Source: Lingula anatina
Taxonomy: Eukaryota > Animalia > Brachiopoda
Length of the DNA: 64,000 nt
Assembly: GCA_051362555.1 (NCBI GenBank)
Contig: CM120641.1
Span: forward strand, 29,270,401 to 29,334,400
Direction of reading: 5' to 3'
In this document: in pieces, positions 25,387 through 38,473 of the stretch
How the letters are laid out: each line of letters starts with the position of its first letter
Position numbering within the stretch: the first letter of the stretch is position 1
Notes under the pieces: generated by a model
Databases searched by the model: none
Seen by the model: the letters and a program-made list of their open reading frames with translations, nothing else
Told to the model about the DNA's origin: nothing
Made by a program: the position numbers and the translations under genes

Positions 25387-25527
25387 GGTGGATGAAAAAA
25401 GATGAAATTGATAAACTGCCAATCCTCTCAGGAGAATACTCTGGAGACAGAGTGTATTCTTGTGAGTATGCTCAGGATGGCCCAGTATGTAGCCTGGGAG
25501 AACCATGTGAGAAATGGAAAACTCTAT

Positions 25528-25736
25528 GACCCCGTTCCCATAGATTTTAGATCCATCTATCCCTGTGGGGAGTCTCACTAGATTACTGTCAGCTTAGCCA
25601 GCTTAAGCATCTGTCCGCCTACTAAAAGCTGTAAGGGGGTAATTAACTATGGTGCACGCTCGGCTGACTGCAATTTAGCGTGAACCCCCAGGGGAGTCTA
25701 AATCTCTGGATCGATCTAAATCTCTGGGAATGCACC
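25528..25736 (-). mobile_element. Diverged member of the ~215-bp MITE family (see 33364, 42182, 52155)
   Basis: Shares ttcccatagattttagatc, ggggagtctcactagattact, gggtaattaact and tttagcgtgaacccccaggg with the 42182 copy. TAT flanks both ends. Confidence 0.75.
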
Positions 25737-25784
25737 TATGGTGACCTTCTTAGGCTGACTGGCATGGTCAGGCTAGGAAGCTTA

Positions 25785-26330
25785 GAGCGCATTCTCAACG
25801 AATTAAGCCAGGCTTTACAAAGCCGGTGACCTAAAAATGGCGGACGTACATGAAAGAAAAACCGCCTAATCTTTTAATAGTCTCTCCGCCTCTCACACGC
25901 CTCCCCACACGACGTCCCTGCGGGGTACAGTAATTAAATCTCGGCTCCGAACATTAATATTTCCGTGAATATCTCTGGTGATATTAGCTCCGTAGATAGT
26001 CGATTCATTGCTGCTCTGCGGGCCAATTTATTCCTTTTTCGTCTCTGTTTTCAAAGATAATAGAACAGAAGAGCTTTTTTCCTTCGATCGCCTTCAGCCG
26101 CCATGCTTTCTTCACCACGAGTTTAACTGATGAGCATGCGCACTTAATATTTCTCAGGTAGCTTCTGCATGGCGAACGGAGCCGAGATTTAATTACTGTA
26201 CCCCGCAGGGACGACGTGTGGGGAGGCGGAGAGACTATTAAAAGATTAGGCGGTTTTTCTTTCATGTACGTCCGCCATTTTCAGGTCACCGGCTTTGTAA
26301 AGCCTGGCTTAATTCATTGAGAATGCGCTC
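25785..26330. mobile_element. PIF/Harbinger-type MITE with ~160-bp near-identical TIRs
   Basis: gagcgcattctcaa...aatctcggctccg (25785-25950) is mirrored at 26177-26330. TTA target-site duplication. Confidence 0.9.
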
Positions 26331-27338
26331 TTAGAGTTGACTGACCACTGTGTATGACACGTAGAGCTTGCTGCATGCAGCCTCATTCTCTAGTAGACCA
26401 AGTTCAAGAGACAAAACCAACATCGTGGCTTAGGTTAATGATTCTCATCAATACAAGGCCTCAAGAGAGACATGAGACTTGGTAGCATTTACAAAATTGA
26501 CACCCTATACTTCACATTTGACCCAGCATCAGATGCTGTCCTTATGACTAGCCTCGATTGAGATCTCCTGTTTTAGAATAACCTTAAAGGGGAAGATTAC
26601 CCATCATTTATGCTTGCATCTTCGGAATGTATTCAACCCAATGTATCATAATTATTCTGCTTTGTGTGTAAGAACAGTATTGATACATTCATTCACAATC
26701 TGACTAACTGGCTGGCAAAGAGTAATCCTGTAGATTTTTTCAACAGATTTATTATTAAATCTTACTTTAAATGAATATATGGTATGCCAAAATATGCATG
26801 TCATGTGATTAACACAAATGAAAAACAGCAAGTTTTGAGTTTGTTTAGCAATACTTTATATCAGTACATATTTGAATAATCCCTGATCTGTGATTGTGCA
26901 AATAACCAGTTCCAAACAGAAAAATTGCTGTCAGAACTATGTTTTCTTAATTGTCTTATCTCTCAAATTTGTATTTTGAAATCCAAATGATTATTTTGAT
27001 GTCCTCCTTCAAAATATTTGTGAACAAAGCTGCATTTTATTTGGTAGTTGATCTTTGATTTATCTTTCAGATGTCAGTTTGTAACCATAAATTGTACTGT
27101 TATCAGCATATTTTTTAATATTTCAAATATTATAATTATTTGATTCACTCAAAATAGCCCTACAGCAAGGTGAAAGTATCATGCAGCAATGAATGAAATA
27201 TTAATTTAATATTCTGAATCATGAAAGTTTTCTTTTTTTTTTCTGTTGCACCTGAAATGTATGAAGGTTGAATTAGAATCCCAGCTTCACATAACACAGT
27301 ATTGGCACATCACACAGATATACAGTACTGGGACTAAG

Positions 27339-30300
27339 ATGCCGTGTCCAAAGAATGGTGTGTACATCATCCAAGGGGAGATCACTCTCCTTGGAACTGC
27401 AATGAGGAGAAGTTCCAGATGGTCATCTCACAGTCACCAGGTAATAATAAGTGTTATGAAGGGTGCTTTTTGCTTTTCTCGGATCATTTTACTTCTTTCT
27501 TGCCCCCCCCTCCCCCTTATCTCTTTTACTGGTATATACCCTTCTTAGTATCATGTCACATGATCATTTTACTTCTTTCTTGCCTCCCCCCTCCCCCTTA
27601 TCTCTTTTACTGGTATATACCCTTCTTAGTATCATGTCACATGATCATTTTACTTCTTTCTTGCCTCCCCCCTCCCCCTTATCTCTTTTACTGGTATATA
27701 CCCTTCTTAGTATCATGTCACATGATCATTTTACTTCTTTCTTGCCTCCCCCCTCCCCCTTATCTCTTTTACTGGTATATACCCTTCTTAGTATCATGTC
27801 ACATGATCATTTTACTTCTTTCTTGCCTCCCCCCTCCCCCTTATCTCTTTTACTGGTATATACCCTTCTTAGTATCATGTCACATGATCATTTTACTTCT
27901 TTCTTGCCTCCCCCCTCCCTCTTATCTCTTTTACTGGTATATACCCTTCTTAGTATCATGTCACATGATCATTTTACTTCTTTCTTGCCTCCCCCCTCCC
28001 TCTTATCTCTTTTACTGGTATATACCCTTCTTAGTATCATGTCACATGATCATTTTACTTCTTTCTTGCCTCCCCCCTCCCTCTTATCTCTTTTACTGGT
28101 ATATACCCTTCTTCCCAGTATCATGTCACATGTGTGTGTGTTTGTGTGTGCCTTCATTGTGTAATTGACAGAATTGATAAGATGGTTGACTAGTGGGGAC
28201 TCAGTCAGAATGATCAGTAGAAAACATTTGTTTTTTTACATGTGATGTTTTTTAAACTAGCATAAAAGCTTTATTTAAGAGTTGGCCTTTTTAATTTTTG
28301 AAAAAAGATCACGTCTGCATTGTGGTAGGCGATTTTAGAGCATGAAAACAATAGCATTTAGGTTTTTCTTGGGGTCAGTTGTCAATTTATTCCCTCTTAA
28401 CAGGCCGAAACCTAATGTATTTGTATGTCTAAAAAGTAGGTGGAAATGAAAGAAGATCTGATTTCTTTAAAAAAAAGGGTTGGTGTTATCAAATTAGATT
28501 TACAGACAGTAGAAAAAAATTAGCAAATAAAATGGACATGAAGGTAAGAGAGGAATCACAAGCATTTGTCTGGAATTTCATTGAGCACTTATACCTAGCA
28601 GGAGAAGCATATTAAAACTCCACAACAGGCATTGGTTGTTGATTGATATTGCTTTTGTCTAAAATATGCCCATTCGTCCATGCAAGGTGACAGTTCCTAT
28701 CTAGCTAATTTACAGAACAATGCATATTATTTGACCCCTGCAAACACATTTTTACCTTATTCTGAAGCTGAGTTAATCACAATATTGATTTTTCTAAGCA
28801 TTTATATTCAGAAATGTGTGTGGGTTGTTTTTTAGTGTACAAATGCCAATGCCGTGGCTTTGACTTTTGTTGCAATATCTCCAGTTTTGACATTGTCTTA
28901 TTGCCTGCCACACTGAATAATTGTTAGATATTTGATACAACCAGTAGGCTTACGAGCATTTTCAGGTTTCCCAAAGATAAATACTTGAGGTTGTTTTTAA
29001 TGAATGAGAATGAGAAAACTTTTAGTTTTATATCAGCTTGTTGCTGTTAAAAAAAGATCCTGAAATATAGCTCAGGTACAATTTCAGTAAGTTTTTTAAT
29101 AATTCAATGAAGCTAAAAGAAATGCAGATTGATACTAAATTCCAGGGCAATGAAGAGAGTCTGCTTATTGATGGGTTTGGGTTTTTCTGGGTAACTATCA
29201 TGATATTGGTATAAAATAAGGGAAACATAACTTTAATGAAGGAAGTAATAGCTATGTCAGATATTTCTAACCCAGCTGTCAACCCATTTGCCAAGGGACA
29301 GCCGTATTTCATACACTGGTATTATGCAAGGTTCATGGTGCTTGAAACCTACAGTGAATAGAGTTTGGCACTTCATATACAATATAATGTATTTGTATAC
29401 GATATAATGTATCTGTGTGTTTCATGCCATTATGTTACATGTATTTAAATTATTATATTTATATTATACTATATAAGATAAATGAATTGTAGGATGATGA
29501 CCAGGACCCCTTGCTTGGAGGGTTTTCTCGTCTGAAAGAAGAACTCAACCATGTCGCAGGTTAGTATAAAAGTTTAAATAAGGGATGTTTATTATTTGAC
29601 CATAGTTTCGGGTTAGAATTGTGCTAGTGTCAGATAAACAGTTGCAGTATATTATTAGGGATTTTGACTGTTTCAAGAATAATCTCTGAAGTTGGTAATG
29701 ATAAAGATGGTTTTGAAGTCCTATAATCTCAGTAAAAGACCTGGAAGGTATGAAAGCATTATAAAAAGGTAATAAGAAAGATTTTAAAAAATACTTAGGT
29801 CATATGCAAGGATTATGTTTTATATGTAAATGTCCAATGTGGAAAAACAAAATATTCACACATTGTGGCTGTTTCATCAATCAAGACTATAGAATAAAAA
29901 AAGGCTTGAGACATTCAGGTTCCAACTGTATATTGATAACTTTTTGATCAAAATAGATTCTCTTTTCAGGAGTTTCACTAAGATGAATTTTGTCATATGG
30001 TTAATGAACATTTTTGCTCATTTATGGTCAAGATAGTTTGCAATATTTTTATAATATATTTTTCGATCAGTCTCACATACAATATTGAAGATTGATGATA
30101 TTCACACTATTTAAAAGTCTCTTTTTGAGTCAATAATCTTTGAGTGGAGTATTGTCTGTTGACATAAAGTCTGCTTTAAATGTTACATATTGAAATATGT
30201 AAGTGCTGATGTGGAAATAGAATGTATGGTTTCCTTCCTTCATGGATGTTAATCTCTGTAATCAAGAAATATCATTAGATAATTGAGCACTTAAAATCGT

Positions 30301-33300
30301 TATGTAATGATTTTGAGACAAATTGAGCATCATCTGCACAATGCAAGTTTCCTTTTTAAAGGTACATTTGAACCAGGGATCAGTGGGGCGTGGATTCCCA
30401 GTAGTGCATATAAATCACTTCTGCTAGTTTCTCATGCCACTCAAATAAAGTCGTCATGCCAAGGGATAAACCGGATTAGTCACTCTGTCAGCCATAAAAG
30501 AGCTTAAAATGGCACTTTCATCAAAATTTTGGTCATAAATTCTTAGACCTTATCTGCCCCATTTATATACAGCACAGAAAACAAAAAGACAAAGCAGTTC
30601 AAATATCATAATATATAACTATATCTTTCAGTAATATGAAACTACATCTTTCGGTGTTTTTCTGAGTTTAACTATTTGAAGCTATAAAGTGGTTAGCTTT
30701 TGTTGAAAAAAAATTGACTTCAAATGCATCTACTTATTTCATTTTTAGATTTAGACGAACTGGAACCTAATGTGTATTTGAGTCCATTTTTGGAAGTGAT
30801 TCGCTCTGAAGACACCACTGGGCCTATAACAGGGCTTGCACTCACTTCTATCAACAAATTTCTATCATATGGACTTCTAGGTAAGATACCCTTTCATCTT
30901 TGTGAGTTTGAGGTCAAACAGACAGCCTTTAAATAAGTATTGGTTTCTGTAAAAAGGGGCGTTTTTGTTGTCTTATGAACTTCAGTTTTTGTTGTGATAT
31001 GAAATGAGCATTATATGTTATTAAAATTTTATGTAATAAATTTTTAATAAATGTTTAAATAATTTTAGAAATGTTTAAATAATGTTGAAAGTTGGGAAGT
31101 TGAATAGCAGGTTATTTCAAAGTAGCTCTGAAATAAAGTAATTTATTTTTAACTTAGTTCATAAATTTTTTTGTTTCAGATCCTTGTTGTGATACAGCCC
31201 CTGCTGCCATAGAGAATATAGCTGATGCTGTAACCCATGCACGCTTCGTAGGAACTGACCCAGGATCTGACGAAGTGGTACTCATGAAAATATTACATGT
31301 AAGCGCGTGCAAATGCTTTCCTGTTGGTATAAAATCTTAGACTGCAAAGGAATACTGCATGTGAAAATAACATTATTTATTATTTTATTAAAAACCCATT
31401 TGATGTTTACTGTTTTCAGGTTTTCTACTAATTTGATTTTGTTTTCTTCGGGGGAAAAAAACAGAGCATTATTTTCTATTTGTTTCTACTTTCTCCTGTC
31501 TTAATGTTCTAATTTTGTTTCAGAACTGTTTCCGGTATAAATCTCTGTTTTCTTAATTTACATTAATTGGCATTTTCCCATGACTCACCTGCCAAATGAT
31601 TATTTATAGGTGTTGCGGACACTGCTACTGACCGCTGCTGGGGCTCAGCTGACCAATGAGTCTGTCTGTGAGATAATGCAGTCATGTTTCAGAATATGTT
31701 TTGAGATGAGACTGAGTGGTATGTACCGAGTGGTACCTTAGTGTCCAGTTTAATTCATTATTGTTGTCTGAGTAAAGCATCATTGAATTTTTCTTCTTTT
31801 GTCCACGTGTAAAACTTTTCAGTTTCTCATTTCCCTTGCTTGTATATGAAGGCAAAATTATTGTTTTGTCAGCTGAAAAAGGAAATTTTGAAGGAACAAC
31901 CATTTTAAAAAAATTAGTTTAACTCATTGTTAATTGATTTTTTTCTCATAGATTAACCAATATTGATAAAATAATGGTTGTGCAGCACATGCCTATATTT
32001 AATATTACAGAGCTGTTACGTAAGTCAGCTGAACACACACTTATGGACATGGTACAGCTCCTGTTCTCTAGACTTCCTCAATTCAAAGAAGATGCTAAAT
32101 GGGCTCTGGGGATGAAAAGGGTGAGTTTTATAGAATTGAAATTGAAACATGATTTCTTTATGATGATGATGATGAATACGTATGTTAATCTACAACATGA
32201 TATTTCTTGATTATTGAATATCAATAGACTCAGTCTAAGCACTGTCTATGATGACTTGCAAAAGCAGTTTTGTATTGATTTTCTTGTAATATCCCATAAG
32301 ACTAAGTTGGCAAGTTGTATTTTTTTTTTTTTTTTTTTTTTGCTGATGCATCATTTTTCTTGATACCCATATTATTGTATGCTCTTTGTTTCCTTCTTTT
32401 CTTTTCTCCACATTAGCTAAAAATGAGAGCAGGTGTGATAGAGACGCGATACAAAAAGAAGCGTTCTCCAAAGACAAAAAGAAAAAGATCAGCAGCCCAA
32501 GCAGTAGGTGGTAATCAGCTGGCAGCAACCACTGTACCAGAATTAGATGATTCACCAAAAGAAGGGTATTATACTTTTTCAAGGCACTCGCATACAAATA
32601 ATGATTATCGTTCAAGAAAATCCATGCATTCCCATCTACTAGTACTGATAGCTATGTAGTGAATTGCAGTTTTATTTGTTATATATTTTGTGCAAACAGT
32701 GACATAAAGGAAGTTCGATTTATATAGATCCCTTTTATCGTACCACAGTAGGTCTGTTTTCTTGTTTTGTGTAAAGTATTCATCCAACATACAGTGCATT
32801 CCTGAACCAATATTCTGTTATAGTGGCACAGAAGCTGTTTCTGACCAGGCTGCACCAAGTGCGACAGCAACAGCTCTGGAAGATGAAGAAGCCATGTTTG
32901 AACAGCATGCTACCATAGCCACCACACCAGTGGCTGGAGGAATGAACATGGTGGACATACACGAGGGGTTTCAGGTACCAGTTACAAACTGGTTTGCATG
33001 GGCACACAAACTGTTTGGAGACACACTCTTATTCAAATTACTCTCCTTTATGGTAGTATTAGTAGTAAACTTTAAACAGAAACAGATCTTCTTTGAAGCA
33101 ACCTAACATGGTTCTTAACCATCAAAATATCAACTACTTTCAGGAGGCACTGGAGAAAGATGAGCAGAGTACTAACACACAAGAGACACAAGATTACCAG
33201 TATAGGCCTAGCACCACGGGGGATATTACCATTAACATCGAGAATGTGTGTGATGTCCCTGATGCTGTAGAGGTTAGAGAAAAGGGTGAAAGGGTTGGTG

Positions 33301-33953
33301 GTGGTGGTGGGATTGGTGGAGCAGGCAATGTGGTTCAGGCTGACAAGGTATGCCATAGATTATCACCCCATTTCCATAGATTAGATCGACCTACTTTAGA
33401 TCGACCTAACTCCCTGGGGGTTCATGCTAAACAGCTGTCAGCCGGGCGGACACGAAAGTTAATTACCCCCTTACAGCTTGTAGTAGGCGGGACGGACATT
33501 TAAGTCGGATTATCTGAAAGTAATCTAGTGAGACTCCCCCCGGGGATAGATCGATCTAAAATTTATGGGAATAGAGCCTATTTGTGAGGCTGGATTTCTT
33601 GTTAATCTAATATTGCAACATGTGGTATGGTGCTTTTTATGTACTGACACGTCTGTACATCTAGCCATTGAAACTGTGCACTTTCAGAGATAACACAATA
33701 AATGAAAAACCATTTGACTGATATTCTTCAGACTTGTATATTATGTGTTTGTTTAGGTAAAATAGGGATTTCGGAAAGTATTATTATTTTTTTAAATGCT
33801 ATCTTTTCAGAAAAGGTATGTTTAATGTAATTTAATGTGTTTTAAGATATCTTTGTAAATATTAAATATGGGTCTTGCAAAGTTCCAGGACAATCTTGTT
33901 ATTGATAGTATTACCAGGTAGCCCCGAAGAGACAACCAAAATAATTATGAATG

Positions 33954-34005
<52 letters not shown>

Positions 34006-37000
34006 AGTGAAATTCTATAAATGAGATAATGGACATTAAAAGAAAAGAGAAGAAACTGGCATTAAATACACTACAGAGTAATCTAACAGAAACATTATTT
34101 TTTATGTTTGGATAAATTAATACTGACATTTATATGATGTTTCAGATCTTGGCCACAGAGATAGAGCAAGCCAACAGGGAGATGGAGCAGGCCAACAAAC
34201 CAAGCTGTCATGCTGTGGTAGAGGGCAGTGACCAGGAGTCCCTCGTCTCTGACACAGCATCTCTACAGGATGTAGACTATATCAACCCCCGCGGAGTCCG
34301 GTTCACACAGCAACAGGTGGCCAAAGAAGGTAAAGTACTTCCTGAACAGCGTGAAATAATACTGCATATTTGAATGTGAAGTCTCTCTTTCTCTCTCTCT
34401 CCTTGCTCTCTCTCGTCTATTATGTAATAGAGAAATTTAGTGAGAATGTATACTTTTTATTGATCTTTAATCTATTGTAAGATAAGGAAAGCTACTCGTT
34501 TAAACAAATTTCCCTTAAGCTTGATTTGGAAGTTTGGAGTTTAAAAGTTGGACTATCATCATGATAACCTCTGAACTGTATAACCTTGACTCACTGGGTT
34601 TACATCATTGGTAGGTTCAGGCCCTTTGATACCATATGGCCTTCCCTGTGTCAGAGAGCTGTTCAGATTCCTGATTTCCCTGACCAACCCCTTGGACAGA
34701 CACAATACTGATGTTATGATCCACATTGGTCTGAGTCTCTTGACCATTGGCCTGGAGGCTGGAGCTGATCACATAGCACATAACAGTTCTCTTCTTCTGC
34801 TGGTTAAAGATGAAATGTGCAGGAACTTGTTTAGTGTGAGCCTCTGTTGTTTCCTGTATTTAAAAAAATGCAAGGGAGTTTTGGTTATTTAGTTATAATG
34901 GTTTACTTACATGACATTGGATTTTGCTCTCATGCTGGTGATTAATATTTAGAAAGATATAAAGTTTAAAACAAAAAATACCTGTTTTATATTTTTTTGA
35001 ACTTGGAGTAATGTTCAAGTTATACACTTAAAAAATAACAATCTACTGTTTGAAGTTATTATGTCTAGTTTTAAGACCTTGATTGTGTGTTTTTAGCTCC
35101 TGCAAACAGAACGTCTCTCCCTTTTTGCTGCAGCACAGAGGGTGTGCTTTCTTTTGTTTGAATCTATGAGAAGTCATCTCAAGTTCCAGTTAGAGGTATA
35201 AGCCCATATTTCTTTATGATTCAAGTATAAATAGAAGTAAAACAATACATTAAGATTTGAACAATTGATATAAGAAGAACACAAAAAGGAGAGTTTATTC
35301 AAACAAATTAATAAAAAATACTGAGTAAATTTATTCAAGATGTTGTTTAAGAGACACTCGCTTTTAATGTGACTCCAATGGGGGAAGGCTTTCATTGTGA
35401 AGATTCTTTGGCTGAAGTTAAGTCAACAAAATAGGAAAAAAAATGGTCATTTACTTTCAGAGCTACCTGATCAAACTGACTGAGATCATCACGACGGAGA
35501 GTGTGCGTGTGTCGTATGAGCAGAAGGAGATAGCACTGGAGTCTGTGGTGCAGCTGTGGAGAATACCTGGACTGGTCACAGAACTTTACCTTAACTATGA
35601 CTGTGATTTAGTCTGTTCTAATTTATTTGAGGACCTGACGAAACTTTTATCAAAAGTAAGCATGATTCACGTTGATTACAAAACTACAATTAAATAAGTT
35701 GACTTATGGTAGATACATGGGTGAAAGTTATCAGGATTATGCCTTTTTTATGTTTTTTTTATTCATATGGTCTAAATCCAATGAGAAATTGCAAGGTATG
35801 TTTTCAGGATTTCAGTTTATATTTCCTCTAAAACGAGACTGAAGACCAGTTTTAGATGATTAAAGTGTTATTTATGGCAATATGACCAATTCAGTATTGA
35901 TACATTTTATCTATCATTGGAAATTATTCAAATGAATATTTTTTTCACTTCTTGTCCAGAATGCTTTCCCTGTGCAAGGCCTATTCACAACTCATTTACT
36001 TTGCCTGGAAGCCCTGTTGACAGTGGTAGACTATATAGAGCTACAATGCCACAGTAAGGTGCTGACTAACTCAAGATCCCAGGACAGCTTGGATGGAATG
36101 GGTAAGAGATTTCATTTGCATTAGTTTGCAATATGTATTGTGATTGGAGTAATTATTCAGGTATTTTAGCAATTGTTGCAGTGAAACTAATCTGTAGTGT
36201 TCACCATCTGCATACTAGGATTCATTCAGTCCACTATTGCTCTGTAGGATGATTTTGTCCTGTTCTTTTAAACTTGTTTCTTAATGAGCTGCTGCAATGC
36301 CTTGCTCTCTCTAAAAAGTATATAACTTTGGTAATTCAGTGTCTGTAGTATCCTTCATAAATTGCTATTTGCTTTAAATGGAGAAGAATATATTTTTAAA
36401 AAATTCTGTGTTGTTGGATAGCAAAATTCTCATGAGTTTCAAACAAATTTCATAAGATTTCAATTGAGTTGCTAAGGCAGTTTAGTTAATGGAGGATATA
36501 ACAAAAAATAGTTAATTTTTATATTGTTTATTTATGCGATTCATCCAGTAAAACCCCAGGGTGAAGAAGATTATAATCATGGTGCCAGTGAAACTCCTCC
36601 AGCCCCTCCTGTGTCAGGGTATGAAGTGGGACAACAGCTGTTACAAAAAGAGATGGAAGGTAAAAACTACAATAATTATAAGAATAATAATAAAAATTAA
36701 TGACATTTTATTTTATTACCTTGTCAATTGGTTAAAGTAAAATTTAAAATCTCTTTTGTATTTGGCATTATTAAAAGGGATGTTAACTAGCGAAATAATA
36801 GTCATCCTATGGATTATGTTTGCCATTGATGTTTTAAATGAAATTTGTACTAAAAGGAATGAGGAGATATAAATCTGTCTTGAAGCACAAAATTGGTAAG
36901 TCAGATAAATGTGAATAAAAGGAAAAGCAATCATACAGTTTGATATGTTAGCAGAAGGATAAAAGATTCTGGCTCATTTGAGCAAGTTACTTGTGTTTCC

Positions 37001-38438
37001 AGAAATTTGCAGGAAAAGAAGCTCTGTGAGACCCAATAGAATGAAGATATCTCCCAACATTCCTACTGTGGAAGACATAAATAAAACCAGAACTACCAAG
37101 AGGGTGGGTATTTGCCACTGATTTATATTCATAAAGTATGTCATTGCCCATTCACAGTATTTTTATTGTGGCTTGTAATTTATATCTCAAGGTTAGTGTT
37201 ATATCTGGGCCCGTGATGAATTTGTGGGTGATCAGAACTTTTCAAATGATATCAGAAAAGTAATCTTACTAATATGGAATATTATATGTTGTGGACTAAA
37301 CCTCATCTTTTGTCTTTCAGCTTCTACAACAAGGTGCTGAGCTTTTCAACCAAAACCCAAGTAAAGGGATAACTTTCCTACAAGAACAGCATCTTTTGTC
37401 AGCTCCTCTTCAACCAGGAGAGGTTGTGCAGTTCTTGAAAACTAATCCAAAACTTGATAAGAAGATGATTGGGGAGTATATAAGCAAAAAGAAGAACCAT
37501 GCTGTCTTGGAGGCATTTGTGAAGTAAGAATGTATCTTTAGTCTTTGTGATCACCTTTTTAAAAAATATATTTATTAGCTGCTTTGACCCTTTTTAAACA
37601 TGCAATATTTTGATTAGCACATTGACTTTTAAATTATCTTAATTTTGCTGATGCAAACCTAGAGGAATCTACATAAACATGGGCACTCACCAAGTTGTTA
37701 TTTTTCTGCGGCCTTAATTCTGCCGTAGAAATATAATAAACCTTTGAAAAAACAGACAGTTACAGTTTATTTTGCTTTATTAGGGACTTTAACTTTGATG
37801 ATATTCGTCTGGACGAGGCATTACGGATGTACCTCGAAACCTTCAGATTACCAGGAGAGGCCCCTGTTATTTCTTATCTCTTGGAGCACTTTGCAGAACA
37901 CTGGCATGTAAGTGTAACATAAGACTGTTTTCTAGATATTTTTGTTACAGTCAACTCATTACTCAGCACTGTGATGTATTTTTTTTAATACTATATTATG
38001 TTCTACAGATATATATGTATCACTTCAAAAAAAAGTTTCTTTTCTTTATTATTTATCTATTTTATTTGCTTAAGACCTGTAAACCATTTTATTCTAAAGA
38101 TTACTAAATTGATTTGAAGCCCAATCTGAAATGTCAACATTGCAAAAGAAGAAAAAAAATGTATATAATCCAAAAAACTGGATAACATCTACATCTTTGC
38201 TTCAACTTCTGATTGTGGCAATGTTATTGTGAAGATAAATTTGCCAAAAGTATGCTCTAAATGTAAGTCAATCTATATCTTGTCATGTTTTTAGAAATCA
38301 AATGGGGAACCGTTTGCCAATGTAGATGCTGCATTCACCCTGGCCTATGCTGTCATTATGTTGAACACAGACCAGCACAACCATAATGTTAAAAAACAGA
38401 ATGTGCCAATGACAGTGCAGGTGAGAAGAAAAAAAATT

Positions 38439-38473
<35 letters not shown>

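Noticed and set aside
27344-28168. 274-aa and 233-aa repetitive ORFs; superficially CRISPR-like array
   Set aside because: These are by-products of an 81-bp (multiple of 3) intronic minisatellite. The units are contiguous with no unique spacers, there are no cas genes, and the context is eukaryotic.
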